From assembly GCA_047638435.1 (NCBI GenBank), contig JBLILW010000003.1:1-33957 (forward strand): 33,957 bases of DNA. The letters are read 5' to 3'. Below, piece after piece: positions 11,092-20,712 of the stretch (position 1 is the stretch's first letter; each line of letters begins with the position of its first letter). The notes under the pieces are model-generated. The model was not told the DNA's origin. It did not search any database and worked only from the letters and a program-made list of their open reading frames with translations. The position numbers and the translations under genes are program-made. This DNA comes from Urechidicola sp. (GTDB taxonomy: Bacteria > Pseudomonadota > Gammaproteobacteria > GCA-001735895).

Positions 11092-11661
11092 ATGGCTAGT
11101 TACAACACCAGCGAATTTCGAAGTGGATTAAAGATAATGCTCGACGGTGATCCTTGCACCATTATCGAAAACGAGTTCGTAAAGCCAGGTAAAGGCCAAG
11201 CCTTTAGTCGGGTGAAAATTCGCAATTTGAAAAATGGCCGCGTACTGGATAAAACCTTCAAATCAGGCGAAACAGTAGAAGCCGCCGATGTCATCGACAT
11301 CGAAATGCAGTATCTTTACAACGACGGCGAATTCTTTCACTTCATGGTGCCTGAAAATTACGAGCAACATGCTGCAGATGCTAACGCAGTGGGTGATACA
11401 CATTTTTGGCTCAAGCCGCAGGATATGTACGAAGTCACGCTCTATAACGGTACTCCCATTGGCGTAGCTCCACCTAATTTTGTAGAACTAGAAGTAACAG
11501 AAACTGATCCTGGGCTGAAAGGTGATACAGCTCAAGGTGGCACTAAACCAGCGACACTAGAGACTGGTGCAGTTGTTAAGGTGCCGCTGTTTATTGAAAT
11601 TGGTGAAGTGCTACGAGTCGATACGCGTTCAGGCGACTATATGTCACGCGTAAAAAAATAG
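11092..11661 (+). CDS. efp: Elongation factor P
   Basis: [10 protein letters not shown] (modified Lys), [25 protein letters not shown]. Start placed at MASYNTSEF (11092) rather than 11074. Confidence 0.97.
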   Translation: MASYNTSEFRSGLKIMLDGDPCTIIENEFVKPGKGQAFSRVKIRNLKNGRVLDKTFKSGETVEAADVIDIEMQYLYNDGEFFHFMVPENYEQHAADANAVGDTHFWLKPQDMYEVTLYNGTPIGVAPPNFVELEVTETDPGLKGDTAQGGTKPATLETGAVVKVPLFIEIGEVLRVDTRSGDYMSRVKK

Positions 11662-11673
11662 AGTTTAGCTATA

Positions 11674-12606
11674 ATGATTTGGCGTCCATCAGCTTCATTA
11701 ACCGCCATTCAACAACGAGCTCGAATCTATCGTCAGATTCGGACTTTTTTTGATGCGCGAGAATGTCTGGAAGTTGATACCCCATTGTTATCGCCTACAA
11801 CCAATACTGATGCCAATATCGAATCAATAAAAGCATTGAATTTAGGGCAGACACTTTACCTGCAAACATCCCCCGAATTTGCAATGAAACGCCTACTGGC
11901 TGCTGGAATCGGTTCAATTTACCAGATATGCCATGCATTTCGCGAAGGTGAAAAAGGTCGACGGCATAATCCAGAATTCACCCTGTTGGAATGGTATCGA
12001 ATCGGATTCGACTATGATCAATTGATGGATGAAATGGAGTTACTGATTGATGACATCAGTGGCGAATTAAATCAGTATCAACGAATTAGCTATCGACAGT
12101 TAGTGCTTGATCATATCGGTGTCGATATTGACAAAGTCGAATTACTGGACCTTCAGCAAAAGGTAGATCAACTTGTGTCTGGAACTCGGAGCTCCGAGTT
12201 GGATGATGATCAATGCCTTGATTTATTGATTAGTCTCGTCATCGCACCCGAGATGAAAGGTTACGTTTTTGTCTATGACTACCCGGTGTCGCAGGCCGCA
12301 CTGGCCAGAGTGAAGATGAGTAATCCGACGGTCGCAGAACGTTTCGAGTTATTTTATGACGGGCTAGAATTGGCGAATGGTTTTTCGGAGCTTTGTGATA
12401 GCTCGCAGCAACGGCAGCGTTTTGAAGGGGATAATAATTGCAGATTAGGCGCTGGGTTAGAGCCGTATCCAGTGGATGAGTTATTGCTTTCGGCTTTGAG
12501 CTCAGGATTGCCAGAGTGTGCAGGTGTCGCGATTGGGTTGGATCGGCTGTTGATGGTTTTGCTTGGCAAGGATTCTATTGATCAGGTTTTGAGTTTTGTC
12601 GATTAA
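11674..12606 (+). CDS. epmA: EF-P lysine aminoacylase (EpmA/GenX/PoxA)
   Basis: LysRS-like catalytic core without anticodon domain: YLQTSPEFAMKRLLA, RHNPEFTLLEWY, ELANGFSEL, GVAIGLDRL; follows efp. Confidence 0.95.
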   Translation: MIWRPSASLTAIQQRARIYRQIRTFFDARECLEVDTPLLSPTTNTDANIESIKALNLGQTLYLQTSPEFAMKRLLAAGIGSIYQICHAFREGEKGRRHNPEFTLLEWYRIGFDYDQLMDEMELLIDDISGELNQYQRISYRQLVLDHIGVDIDKVELLDLQQKVDQLVSGTRSSELDDDQCLDLLISLVIAPEMKGYVFVYDYPVSQAALARVKMSNPTVAERFELFYDGLELANGFSELCDSSQQRQRFEGDNNCRLGAGLEPYPVDELLLSALSSGLPECAGVAIGLDRLLMVLLGKDSIDQVLSFVD

Positions 12607-12835
12607 AATGTTACTGCTAAATAAGCACTTAAGCTATTTCCCAAAGCCGACAATTTTTATGATGCAATACTTTTTGTGCTTAAAGCCAAGCAGCTAAATA
12701 AAATGACTGCTGTTGAAATCGCCGAGCTTGAACATGGACACGTTAACGATTACGAAGCGTTATTCAGCGACTTGAACAACATTCAGCTTAATGATGTTTA
12801 AGCTGAATGCTCTGCACACTTTAACAACTAGTACA

Positions 12836-13717
12836 CTAGGCTGTAGGTGCCTCGTCCTTAGCAAAATGTCCAATAGCCTCTCCCATCTTAACCACTTGTC
12901 CAGCTCGAAATTTAGACAACCACTCGACATTGGGTGGCGTTAATAAGATAACCGTCGATCCCATATTAAACCGGCCCATCTCTTCACCTTTTTTATAGGT
13001 TTTTTTAGTGTCCGCATAATCGAAGTTGGATATTATTTTGCCTCTGGGAGGTGTAACCAAGCCACTCCAGACAGTCTCTATCGCCGCTACGTTTATCGCG
13101 CCAACCAGAACCATCACCATAGGCCCTGCATCGGTGGAAAAAAGGCAGACGAGGCGTTCGTTTCGAGCAAATAGTCGGGGAATGTTTCGTACGGTCCATT
13201 GCGCAACGCTGAATAACCGGCCTGGCACATGCACCATTTTTCTGAGTAAGCCATCCATTGGCATATGCATTCGATGGTAGTTGTAGGGCGCCAAGTAGAC
13301 TGTGGCAAAACGACCATTTTTAAATAAAGTGGCCAGAGCTTCATCGCCTCCGACTAGTTCTTTGACCGTGTAGTTGTGATTTTTCGCCTGAAAAATTTGA
13401 TCATCTTGGATAGACCCAGATTCGGATACGGTGCCGTCAGCTGGGCAGGCGAGAATGTTATCGCCTGATACTATCGGCCGCGCGCCTGCTTTTAATGGAC
13501 GGGTGAAAAACTCGTTGAATGTTTTGTATGCTGTGCTGTGTGGCGATTCGGCCTCGCTCATATCAACATTAAATTTTTTGATGAACCAATTGATCATTGG
13601 TTGCACAATACTGGGGCTGGATAAACGTGTCGCGAAATACACGACGCGTGAAACCATGTGATGTGGAAAAGCGTAAAATAGCGTGGCTTTAAGTTTTTCT
13701 TTTTGGATTGGGTCCAT
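12836..13717 (-). CDS. psd: Phosphatidylserine decarboxylase proenzyme
   Basis: FNEFFTR, CPADG, YLAPYNYHRMHMP, LFARNER, GRFNMGSTV autocleavage motif. Confidence 0.95.
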   Translation of the reverse strand: MDPIQKEKLKATLFYAFPHHMVSRVVYFATRLSSPSIVQPMINWFIKKFNVDMSEAESPHSTAYKTFNEFFTRPLKAGARPIVSGDNILACPADGTVSESGSIQDDQIFQAKNHNYTVKELVGGDEALATLFKNGRFATVYLAPYNYHRMHMPMDGLLRKMVHVPGRLFSVAQWTVRNIPRLFARNERLVCLFSTDAGPMVMVLVGAINVAAIETVWSGLVTPPRGKIISNFDYADTKKTYKKGEEMGRFNMGSTVILLTPPNVEWLSKFRAGQVVKMGEAIGHFAKDEAPTA

Positions 13718-13729
13718 GGGAACTCGACT

Positions 13730-14146
13730 CTATTTTTTGACTGTCATTAGTATTGTTTGTGATGTGTCATTGTCAAATTGAAGCTTCACTTCAACTTCTT
13801 CACCAATTTTTAATGATCTGGTAGGTTTCATTAACATCAGGTGCATGCCGCCTGGTTCTAATGCGGCCATCCCATTTGGCTCAAGTACAATATTTTTGAT
13901 CGGGTGCATGCTCATCACGCCTAGTTTGTTCACGGTTTTGTGAATTTCGACTTTTTTGAAGGCATCGCTACTGATAGAAATAATAGTGGCTACTGTGTCA
14001 TTGTGGTTCATTAACTGCATATACCCGGCGCGCATCGGTACTGCTGGCGGTAAGTTTTTTATCCAGGCATCGGTGACGTGTAATGGTTGAGCAAAGCTAG
14101 GTAAAGCAATCGCTAACAAAGCTAAAATTGTGGTGAAACGGATCAT
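13730..14146 (-). CDS. Periplasmic copper chaperone PCu(A)C
   Basis: True start MIRFTTILALL at 14146 (AAGGA Shine-Dalgarno, signal peptide). DAWIK, IHKT...GVMSM...EPGGMHLML copper motif. The 94-codon upstream extension in the ORF track is not supported. Confidence 0.88.
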   Translation of the reverse strand: MIRFTTILALLAIALPSFAQPLHVTDAWIKNLPPAVPMRAGYMQLMNHNDTVATIISISSDAFKKVEIHKTVNKLGVMSMHPIKNIVLEPNGMAALEPGGMHLMLMKPTRSLKIGEEVEVKLQFDNDTSQTILMTVKK

Positions 14147-14177
14147 GGTTATTTTCCTTAAAATAATGTTTATTTGG

Positions 14178-14401
14178 CTAATCTTGTTCAACCAGAATAT
14201 TTCTAAAAATAGTGGTTTTTTCGTGGTCTGTTTTTTTGTTGCTGGAGAACAGACATATATGTTGTCCATGGCAATAATTGCAAGAAAATATCGCGTGCAG
14301 AACAGCAGTATAAGTGAGTAAATGAGGATCGACCGGGCTGGCGCACCAGCATGGAGCTGCCAACAGTAGAGGCCACGCCGCAATTGCGGAAAAAAGTCCA
14401 T
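14178..14401 (-). pseudogene. Possible frameshifted small exported CxxCH protein
   Basis: ATG at 14401 is followed by a T6 run. One extra T gives MDFFSAIAAWPLLLAAPCWCASP...SCNYCHGQ, i.e. a signal-like N-terminus with CxxCH at 14268-14282. Confidence 0.35.
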
Positions 14402-14414
14402 TTTTAGTGGTGCC

Positions 14415-15035
14415 CTAGTTGTGTTCAATTATTTTGGTCATGTCCCGTGCCATAGCGAGTGCGTCATGTGGTGCACCAAACAAGCCAGAAAGTTCAGCTT
14501 TTGGGTTGAGTAAGACAATGGCACCACTATGCGACACTAAATAAGATTCCTGATCGTCACTGGTCTTTTCCAGTTTGTGGGCGATGCCAATGGATGCCGT
14601 TAGTTTTTTGAGCTCGGGTAGAGGTGCCGTCGCACCGACAAACGATGGGTTGAAATACTCAATATAACTCTTTAATACCTCAGGGGTGTCTCTGTCAGGG
14701 TCAACCGAAACAAATGTGACACGAATGTCATCACGCACATCCTTGTTGTTGATGGCTTCCATCATGTCAGCTAAGGCTTGCAAGCTGACAGGGCAGATGT
14801 CTGGGCAATGAGTGAAACCAAAATAGAGTAAGTTCCATTTTCCTTTTAACTGAGCAACACCAAAAGGCTGGTTATTTTGATCACGTAATTCGAAATCAGC
14901 CAGCGTTTTAGCCTGATCACCATACCAGCGACCTACTTCGAGTTTGATTGGCTTTGAGTTCTGGACATACCACGATCCACCAAAGCCAAGCACTAACGCA
15001 ATCAATGCGATGATATAAGGCGTGGATTTTTTCAT
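14415..15035 (-). CDS. SCO1/SenC family copper chaperone
   Basis: Start MKKSTPYIIAL (membrane anchor), FGFTHCPDICP (CxxxC), VSVDPDRDTP, conserved His in SHSG. Confidence 0.92.
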   Translation of the reverse strand: MKKSTPYIIALIALVLGFGGSWYVQNSKPIKLEVGRWYGDQAKTLADFELRDQNNQPFGVAQLKGKWNLLYFGFTHCPDICPVSLQALADMMEAINNKDVRDDIRVTFVSVDPDRDTPEVLKSYIEYFNPSFVGATAPLPELKKLTASIGIAHKLEKTSDDQESYLVSHSGAIVLLNPKAELSGLFGAPHDALAMARDMTKIIEHN

Positions 15036-15163
15036 GTTTAAACCTGAATTTCTGGTTGTGAGTGACGTTGTATTAACGCCTAAGACTGAATCATATTCGA
15101 TCAGCATTTTATTTGATTGCGGATCGAATAGTGTAGAATTCACTGTATTATATTTTAATTGGT

Positions 15164-16102
15164 TTGAAACTCAACGTGTCTGATCTGGAAATACTTAAAA
15201 ACTTGTCTACTATTCGAGACTTCATTCGCTGGGGCAGCAGTGAATTCAATCGACATCACCTCAGCTTTGGTCATGGTTTTACCACAGCGTTAGACGAAGC
15301 CAGATACTTAACCTTGCATACGCTGGCATTACCCATCGACTGGCCAGACAATTTTCTGGATTGCAAACTCTCCGATGCAGAGCGAGAACAAGTGATTGAT
15401 ATTTTAAAGCAACGAGTCCAGTCTCGTCAGCCTGCGGCCTACATTACACATGAGTCTTGGTTTTGTGGCTTGAAGTTCTATGTTGATGAGCGCGTATTAG
15501 TACCACGCTCGCCCATTGCCGAGCTTATTTCAAATCAATTTGAACCCTGGATTGGTGGTCAACCGGTTAACAGGATTTTAGATTTATGTAGTGGCAGCGG
15601 TTGTATCGCCATCGCTTGCCAGTATGCCTTTGAGGCTGCTGATGTTTGTGCGTCTGATATTTCTGCGGATGCGCTCGAAGTGGCGGCTATCAATCGTAGC
15701 GAACATGATCTGGATGACTATCTGACGCTTTATCAGTCAGATTTATTTGACGATATTCCACCGCAACAATTTGACATTATTGTCAGCAATCCACCCTATG
15801 TCGATGCAGAAGATATGAATGCATTAACTGCCGAGTTTGAATGCGAACCAGCACTGGGCTTAGCGGCAGGAGAGGATGGATTATTATTGGTCGACCTTAT
15901 GCTGGCGCGGGCTGGTGACTATTTAAGCGATCATGGAGCACTGTTTGTCGAGGTAGGAAACTCCCAGGCAGCAATGATGGAAAAATATGCGTTTCTACCG
16001 ATGACCTGGGTCGAGTTCGAGTATGGTGGCGGAGGCGTCTGTTGTATTCTAGGGGCTGATTTGAAGCAACAGCAAAAAATGATTGAGTCGGTGAACGCTT
16101 AG
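15164..16102 (+). CDS. prmB: 50S ribosomal protein L3 N5-glutamine methyltransferase
   Basis: FGHG, PAAYIT, FYVDERVLVPRSPIAELI, LDLCSGSGCIA, SNPPY, EVGNS; TTG start. Confidence 0.94.
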   Translation: MKLNVSDLEILKNLSTIRDFIRWGSSEFNRHHLSFGHGFTTALDEARYLTLHTLALPIDWPDNFLDCKLSDAEREQVIDILKQRVQSRQPAAYITHESWFCGLKFYVDERVLVPRSPIAELISNQFEPWIGGQPVNRILDLCSGSGCIAIACQYAFEAADVCASDISADALEVAAINRSEHDLDDYLTLYQSDLFDDIPPQQFDIIVSNPPYVDAEDMNALTAEFECEPALGLAAGEDGLLLVDLMLARAGDYLSDHGALFVEVGNSQAAMMEKYAFLPMTWVEFEYGGGGVCCILGADLKQQQKMIESVNA

Positions 16103-16179
16103 GTCCGACACGCTCCTAGCATCTAATGTAGTTCATTAGTGCTTATGGTTTCAAAAAGCATTTCAAAAAGGTATTCAAT

Positions 16180-16974
16180 ATGGCATGGTGGGGTAAGGCG
16201 CTTGGTGGCGCATTTGGTTTTATGGTTGGTGGGCCTCTAGGTGCATTAATGGGCGTTGCCTTTGGTCACAACTTTGATCGAGGAATGACGGGTATCGGGC
16301 AATCAGACTGGAAAAGTGGCGCTGGTGGCGATCAGGATCGAGTTCAAGCGGCTTTTTTTACGGCAACCTTTTCGGTCATGGGCTATATCGCTAAAGCCGA
16401 TGGCAAGGTAACTCAAAATGAAATTAGATTAGCCGAAGAAGTCATGCGACAGCTTGGGTTAGATGGCGAAATGCGCGAATCGGCGAAAAAGTTATTTAAT
16501 GAAGGTAAATCTGATGATTTTCCCATCGATGAAATTCTTGATCAATTCAAATCAGAGTTAAAACGTCGCACAACGCTGGTTCAAATGTTTCTCGAGATAC
16601 AGCTTCAAGCCGCCTATGCCGATGGCTTAATGGACCCATCAGAAGAAAAGGTTCTGGCTCACATTTTCCAGCGTCTGGGTATTCCTTTAGCGCAGTTGAA
16701 GCGAATGGAAGAAATGCTCAAAGCTGGCTTTGGTGGGCAACGTCGGGCGTCATCAGCACAAAGTAGTTTGCCAGATGCCTACGCAATTGTCGGTGTTGAT
16801 AAGACAGTAAGCGATGCCGATTTAAAGAAAGCCTACCGACGTTTAATGTCTCAACATCATCCTGACAAGTTGGTCGCAAAAGGTTTACCGGATGAAATGA
16901 TTAAAGATGCGACGGCAAAAACGCAGCAAATAAAGGGCGCCTATGAGCAAATTCGAGAGGCTCGCGGTAGTTAG
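16180..16974 (+). CDS. djlA: DnaJ-like co-chaperone DjlA
   Basis: WWGK...GGPLGA N-terminal TM, TerB-like FSVMGYIAKADG, C-terminal J domain AYRRLMSQHHPDK. Confidence 0.95.
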   Translation: MAWWGKALGGAFGFMVGGPLGALMGVAFGHNFDRGMTGIGQSDWKSGAGGDQDRVQAAFFTATFSVMGYIAKADGKVTQNEIRLAEEVMRQLGLDGEMRESAKKLFNEGKSDDFPIDEILDQFKSELKRRTTLVQMFLEIQLQAAYADGLMDPSEEKVLAHIFQRLGIPLAQLKRMEEMLKAGFGGQRRASSAQSSLPDAYAIVGVDKTVSDADLKKAYRRLMSQHHPDKLVAKGLPDEMIKDATAKTQQIKGAYEQIREARGS

Positions 16975-16987
16975 TCAGCGCATATAT

Positions 16988-17293
16988 ATGAAGAAACTAT
17001 ATACCCACGAAAATCGCATGATTATTTTTAACCTCAAAAATGTCATGCAGGGAGAGGGAATTGAATCTGTTGTGATGAATGAATATTCATCCGGCGGAGC
17101 AGGTGATCTGGCAACTTTCGATACCTGGCCAGAGCTCTGGATTGAAGACGATGATCAGTTTGACCGCGCCGAAGTTATATTGAAAAATATCATTTCGAAC
17201 CCCAGCGATGAATACTGGTTTTGTCGAGGTTGTCAGGAAAAAAATGATGTGGCATTTAAGTTATGTTGGAATTGTGGTTATTCGGTAGAGTAG
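16988..17293 (+). CDS. DUF2007-like putative signal-transducing protein with C-terminal Zn finger
   Basis: MKKLY start, GIESVVMNE...TWPELWI, and WFCRGC...N...FKLCWNCG RanBP2-like finger. Confidence 0.75.
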   Translation: MKKLYTHENRMIIFNLKNVMQGEGIESVVMNEYSSGGAGDLATFDTWPELWIEDDDQFDRAEVILKNIISNPSDEYWFCRGCQEKNDVAFKLCWNCGYSVE

Positions 17294-17323
17294 TGAGGTT
17301 TAAGTCTAATTAAGTGGAGCTTT

Positions 17324-17684
17324 ATGATGAAAACCATTTAATGGTTGGTGTTATTAGCTCGCAGCTTACTAGCAATATATCGCAGGCAGGAGAAGCCAAT
17401 TTTGTGCAGGTAAAGGTCGAATCCGAACAAACCTGCTCGTTCTCAGTCACGTTTGAGAACGCAGACGATGGCTTGGATCACTATGCTAATAAATGGGATG
17501 TAATGACAATGGATGGTAAAGTGTTTAAGTCAAGAGTGCTGTATCTTCGCATGTGAATGAGCAACCGTTTACTCGGTCAGTAACTGCTGTGGTTACTCCC
17601 AACGGCGTAAAGCAGGTGAAAATTTGCGCAAAAAATAGCGTACAAGGCCATGAAAAAAAGGAAGTTATTGTTGATCTGGCTTAG
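17324..17684 (+). pseudogene. Frameshifted secreted hypothetical protein
   Basis: GGAG Shine-Dalgarno, then ATG ATG AAA ACC ATT TAA (one base missing). Continues MVGV..AGEANFVQV..DHYANKWDV..SRVLY, shifts frame again near 17547 to HVNEQPFTRSV..IVDLA*. Resembles a conserved family I recall as ...HYADRWEV...RVLLHPHVDEQPFTRS... Confidence 0.75.
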
Positions 17685-17714
17685 ACCTTTTAGTATTAGA
17701 ATAGCCTATTAGAG

Positions 17715-18305
17715 TCACTCATTAGGTTTCATTAATAACACCGAAATCTGTAGCTGTATCTTCGGAACAAGCGTTATTTCAAACCAGGGGTTACGTCGTA
17801 ACCACACATTATTACGCGGGCTTGGATGCGGTAGTGGTACCATTGTCGGCCAATAATCGTCCCAGCACTCGACTAGGGCAGTGACTGATTTGTATTGATC
17901 GCCGAAATGATAAGCCTGTGCATATTGCCCCAGCACCAGCGTTATTTCGATATTCGGTAGCTGTGCGAGCAAAGCCTCTCGCCAGAACGGACTACATTCT
18001 GGTCGTGGAGGTAAGTCTCCTGATTTACTTGTACCCGGAAAGCAAAACCCCATCGGTAAAATGGCAACTTGTTTGGGGTCATAGAAAACCTCCCTATCAA
18101 TCCCCATCCATTGTCGCAGTCGGTTACCACTGGCATCATCGAATGGAATGCCAGACGCGTGGACTTTTCTCCCCGGTGCCTGACCCACGATTAATATCCT
18201 AGCCAAAGGGTCGAGCTGAAGTACCGGTCTAACACCAAGTGGTAACTGGTCAGCGCACAGTTCACAAGCACGAACCTCCGCTAGTAAATCTTTATAATAG
18301 GCCAT
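17715..18305 (-). CDS. Uracil-DNA glycosylase superfamily protein
   Basis: N-terminal CELC, VGQAPG, PMGFCFPG, PPRPEC, LPHPSPRN. Confidence 0.87.
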   Translation of the reverse strand: MAYYKDLLAEVRACELCADQLPLGVRPVLQLDPLARILIVGQAPGRKVHASGIPFDDASGNRLRQWMGIDREVFYDPKQVAILPMGFCFPGTSKSGDLPPRPECSPFWREALLAQLPNIEITLVLGQYAQAYHFGDQYKSVTALVECWDDYWPTMVPLPHPSPRNNVWLRRNPWFEITLVPKIQLQISVLLMKPNE

Positions 18306-18444
18306 TAGAAAGCAGGTTGCTTAGTTAAGAGATAGTCACAATTGACTGTATATATCAGAATAAATGCTATAAATACTGCGCTAATTCAATATTCCGTGCG
18401 GAGTTGATAGTACCTGAGTCTAAGTTGCTGTAGTATAACTTTCC

Positions 18445-18717
18445 GCAGCACCAATGGTGCTACCCACGATTTTTGCCGCACGATATAATTACCGTTCAGC
18501 CATTACTTTTAAGGGCATCACTTAAAATGCTCTTTTCCGCGATCGCAGTCGTGGCCTCGTGGTCCCTACTGTTGAAGCTCCGTGTTTGAATCCACCTGTA
18601 CTACTCGTACACACCGGTTCTCCACGCTTTGCTTTTTGTGCAATCACGAAAAAAGCACTTTTTTTAGATATACCCTTTAGACTATTGTCTTAATTAATAT
18701 TTTCAGAGCCTACCAAT
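18445..18717 (+). promoter_or_regulatory. Long structured 5' leader of rhlE
   Basis: Hairpin AGCACCAATGGTGCT; long-range CGTGG (18550-54)/CCACG (18622-26) stem; TGTAC/GTACA hairpin (18597-18611); bulged hairpin 18630-18657 followed by T7 (18659-65). The 5' boundary is uncertain. Confidence 0.5.
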
Positions 18718-20079
18718 ATGAGTTTTGCTTCACTTGGGTTATCAGACCCAATTCTTCAAGCTGTCACGGCCAACGGCTACGATACGCCAACACCAATCCA
18801 GGAACAGGCTATTCCCGCTATTATTGAGGGCAAGGATGTCATGGGCGCCGCCCAAACAGGTACAGGCAAGACAGCTGGTTTCACTCTGCCAATTTTAGAA
18901 CGCCTATCTCAAGGTGAACGGGCAAAATCGAACCACATACGTACCCTAATATTAACACCTACTCGTGAACTGGCAGCACAGGTGCACGAGAGTGTTATTA
19001 CCTATGGTAAGAACCTTTCATTGAGTTCGGCGGTAGTGTTTGGTGGCGTAAAGATCAATCCGCAAATGATGAAGCTTCGTCGAGGCGTAGACATACTGGT
19101 AGCAACACCAGGTCGATTGCTCGACCTGCACAACCAGAATGCCGTCAATTTTAGTCAAGTCGAAGTGCTGGTGTTAGATGAGGCTGACCGTATGCTCGAT
19201 ATGGGCTTTATTCACGACATCAAAAAAATCCTGTCGAAACTACCCGCAAAACGTCAGAATCTGTTGTTTTCGGCGACCTTTTCAAACGAGATTCGAAGCC
19301 TAGCCAAAGGCATGGTAAACAACCCTGTCGAAATTTCCGTTAGCCCACGTAATACAACAGTCGAATTGGTTGAGCAATGGATACATCCCGTTGATAAAGG
19401 CCAGAAATCAGCGCTACTGACTCACTTAATTCAAGATGGTAACTGGCAGCAGGCTTTAGTTTTTATGCGAACAAAGCATGGTGCCAACAAGCTGGTGAAA
19501 CAGCTTGAGAGTCGAGGTATTCGTTCTGTGGCTATCCATGGTAATAAAAGTCAGGCGGCTCGAACGAAGGCATTGTTGGAGTTTAAAAATGGTTCAACGC
19601 CAGTTTTAGTAGCAACCGATATTGCCGCACGCGGACTCGATATCGAGCAACTACCATATGTGGTTAACTTCGACTTACCCAATGTGCCAGAAGACTATGT
19701 GCATCGCATCGGTCGAACTGGAAGAGCAGGTAAGACTGGTCAGGCCGTTTCGTTAGTGAGCGCGGATGAAGTGAAGCAACTGTCTGATATCGAACGATTG
19801 ATTCAACAATTATTACCTCGCAAATTAGTTGACGGATTTGAGCCAGATCACAGCGTGCCTGAAACACGATTGAGCCCTATTGCTGTCTCGAATAAGCCTA
19901 AGAAACCGAAGGTTTGGAATAATGGCGGTGGACGAACGGGTAGTGATCGTCCCCAAGGAAATCAACGATCTGGAAATCAGCGATCTGGGAATCAACAGCC
20001 TGGGAACCAACGGTCTGGGAACCAACGGTCTGGGAATTCTGAGTCAGGGAGTAATAGCCCGAGAGCGAAGCAGGCGTAA
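18718..20079 (+). CDS. rhlE: DEAD-box RNA helicase, RhlE type
   Basis: Q motif, [58 protein letters not shown]; disordered tail. Confidence 0.93.
   Translation: MSFASLGLSDPILQAVTANGYDTPTPIQEQAIPAIIEGKDVMGAAQTGTGKTAGFTLPILERLSQGERAKSNHIRTLILTPTRELAAQVHESVITYGKNLSLSSAVVFGGVKINPQMMKLRRGVDILVATPGRLLDLHNQNAVNFSQVEVLVLDEADRMLDMGFIHDIKKILSKLPAKRQNLLFSATFSNEIRSLAKGMVNNPVEISVSPRNTTVELVEQWIHPVDKGQKSALLTHLIQDGNWQQALVFMRTKHGANKLVKQLESRGIRSVAIHGNKSQAARTKALLEFKNGSTPVLVATDIAARGLDIEQLPYVVNFDLPNVPEDYVHRIGRTGRAGKTGQAVSLVSADEVKQLSDIERLIQQLLPRKLVDGFEPDHSVPETRLSPIAVSNKPKKPKVWNNGGGRTGSDRPQGNQRSGNQRSGNQQPGNQRSGNQRSGNSESGSNSPRAKQA
19957..20037 (+). repeat. Five and a partial 15-bp in-frame tandem repeats encoding GNQRS
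   Basis: ggaaatcaacgatct / ggaaatcagcgatct / gggaatcaacagcct / gggaaccaacggtct x2 / gggaat. Confidence 0.92.
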
Positions 20080-20225
20080 AATTGAATGGTTTTTAGTGTG
20101 CTAATACTGTTGCTCAACGGAAGTGGCGGTGATTGGCACGCTAGTTTAATGGTGACCTCGATCGTCCCTGTTCGAGGTAAATTAACCGTGTTTCTCAAAT
20201 TAGCTAGAGCTTTGACAAACCTTAT

Positions 20226-20696
20226 TTAATGAACGTGCTCATGTTCAATTTCCTCAGTTGTCGCCTCTCGAACGCCGACAACCTCAACATCAAAGTTAAG
20301 CGTTACACCCGCTAAAGGGTGGTTGGCATCAATGGTGACTTCATTGCCATCTATGCTTTTTATGGTGACTATTTCTAACTCGCCTTCATCTGTTTCAGAT
20401 TCAAACTGCATACCTGCTTCGACTAATTCGACGCCTTCAAAAGCAGCGATGTCGACCACTTGCATGAGCTCGGTAAAGACTTCGCCATAGCCATCTTCGG
20501 GGTCGACGCGTACTTTTAATTTGTCGCCAACTTTTTTGCCTTCTAGTCCATCTTCCAAGCCTGGAATGATGTTTTCTGCGCCGTGCAGGTAGTCCATTGG
20601 GCCAGATTCTTCGGTGCTATCGAGTACGGTTGAGTCGTCATTTGTCAGGGTATAGGTTATGCTGACGACGAGATTGTCGGTAATTGTTAAAGACAT
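20226..20696 (-). CDS. slyD: FKBP-type peptidyl-prolyl isomerase (SlyD, short tail)
   Basis: YLHGAENIIPGLE, PEDGYG, DANHPLAGVTLNFDVEV, REATTEEIEHEHVH. Confidence 0.92.
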   Translation of the reverse strand: MSLTITDNLVVSITYTLTNDDSTVLDSTEESGPMDYLHGAENIIPGLEDGLEGKKVGDKLKVRVDPEDGYGEVFTELMQVVDIAAFEGVELVEAGMQFESETDEGELEIVTIKSIDGNEVTIDANHPLAGVTLNFDVEVVGVREATTEEIEHEHVH

Positions 20697-20712
20697 GGTT
20701 TCTCCGGGGAGT

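Noticed and set aside
14147-14428. 94-aa N-terminal extension of PCuAC in the ORF track
   Set aside because: Shine-Dalgarno and signal peptide mark 14146 as the start.
19957-20037. Possible CRISPR-like array
   Set aside because: No spacers; in-frame coding repeats within rhlE; no cas genes in the window.
20226-20260. SlyD lacking the long His/Cys tail
   Set aside because: Short-tailed SlyD variants are common.
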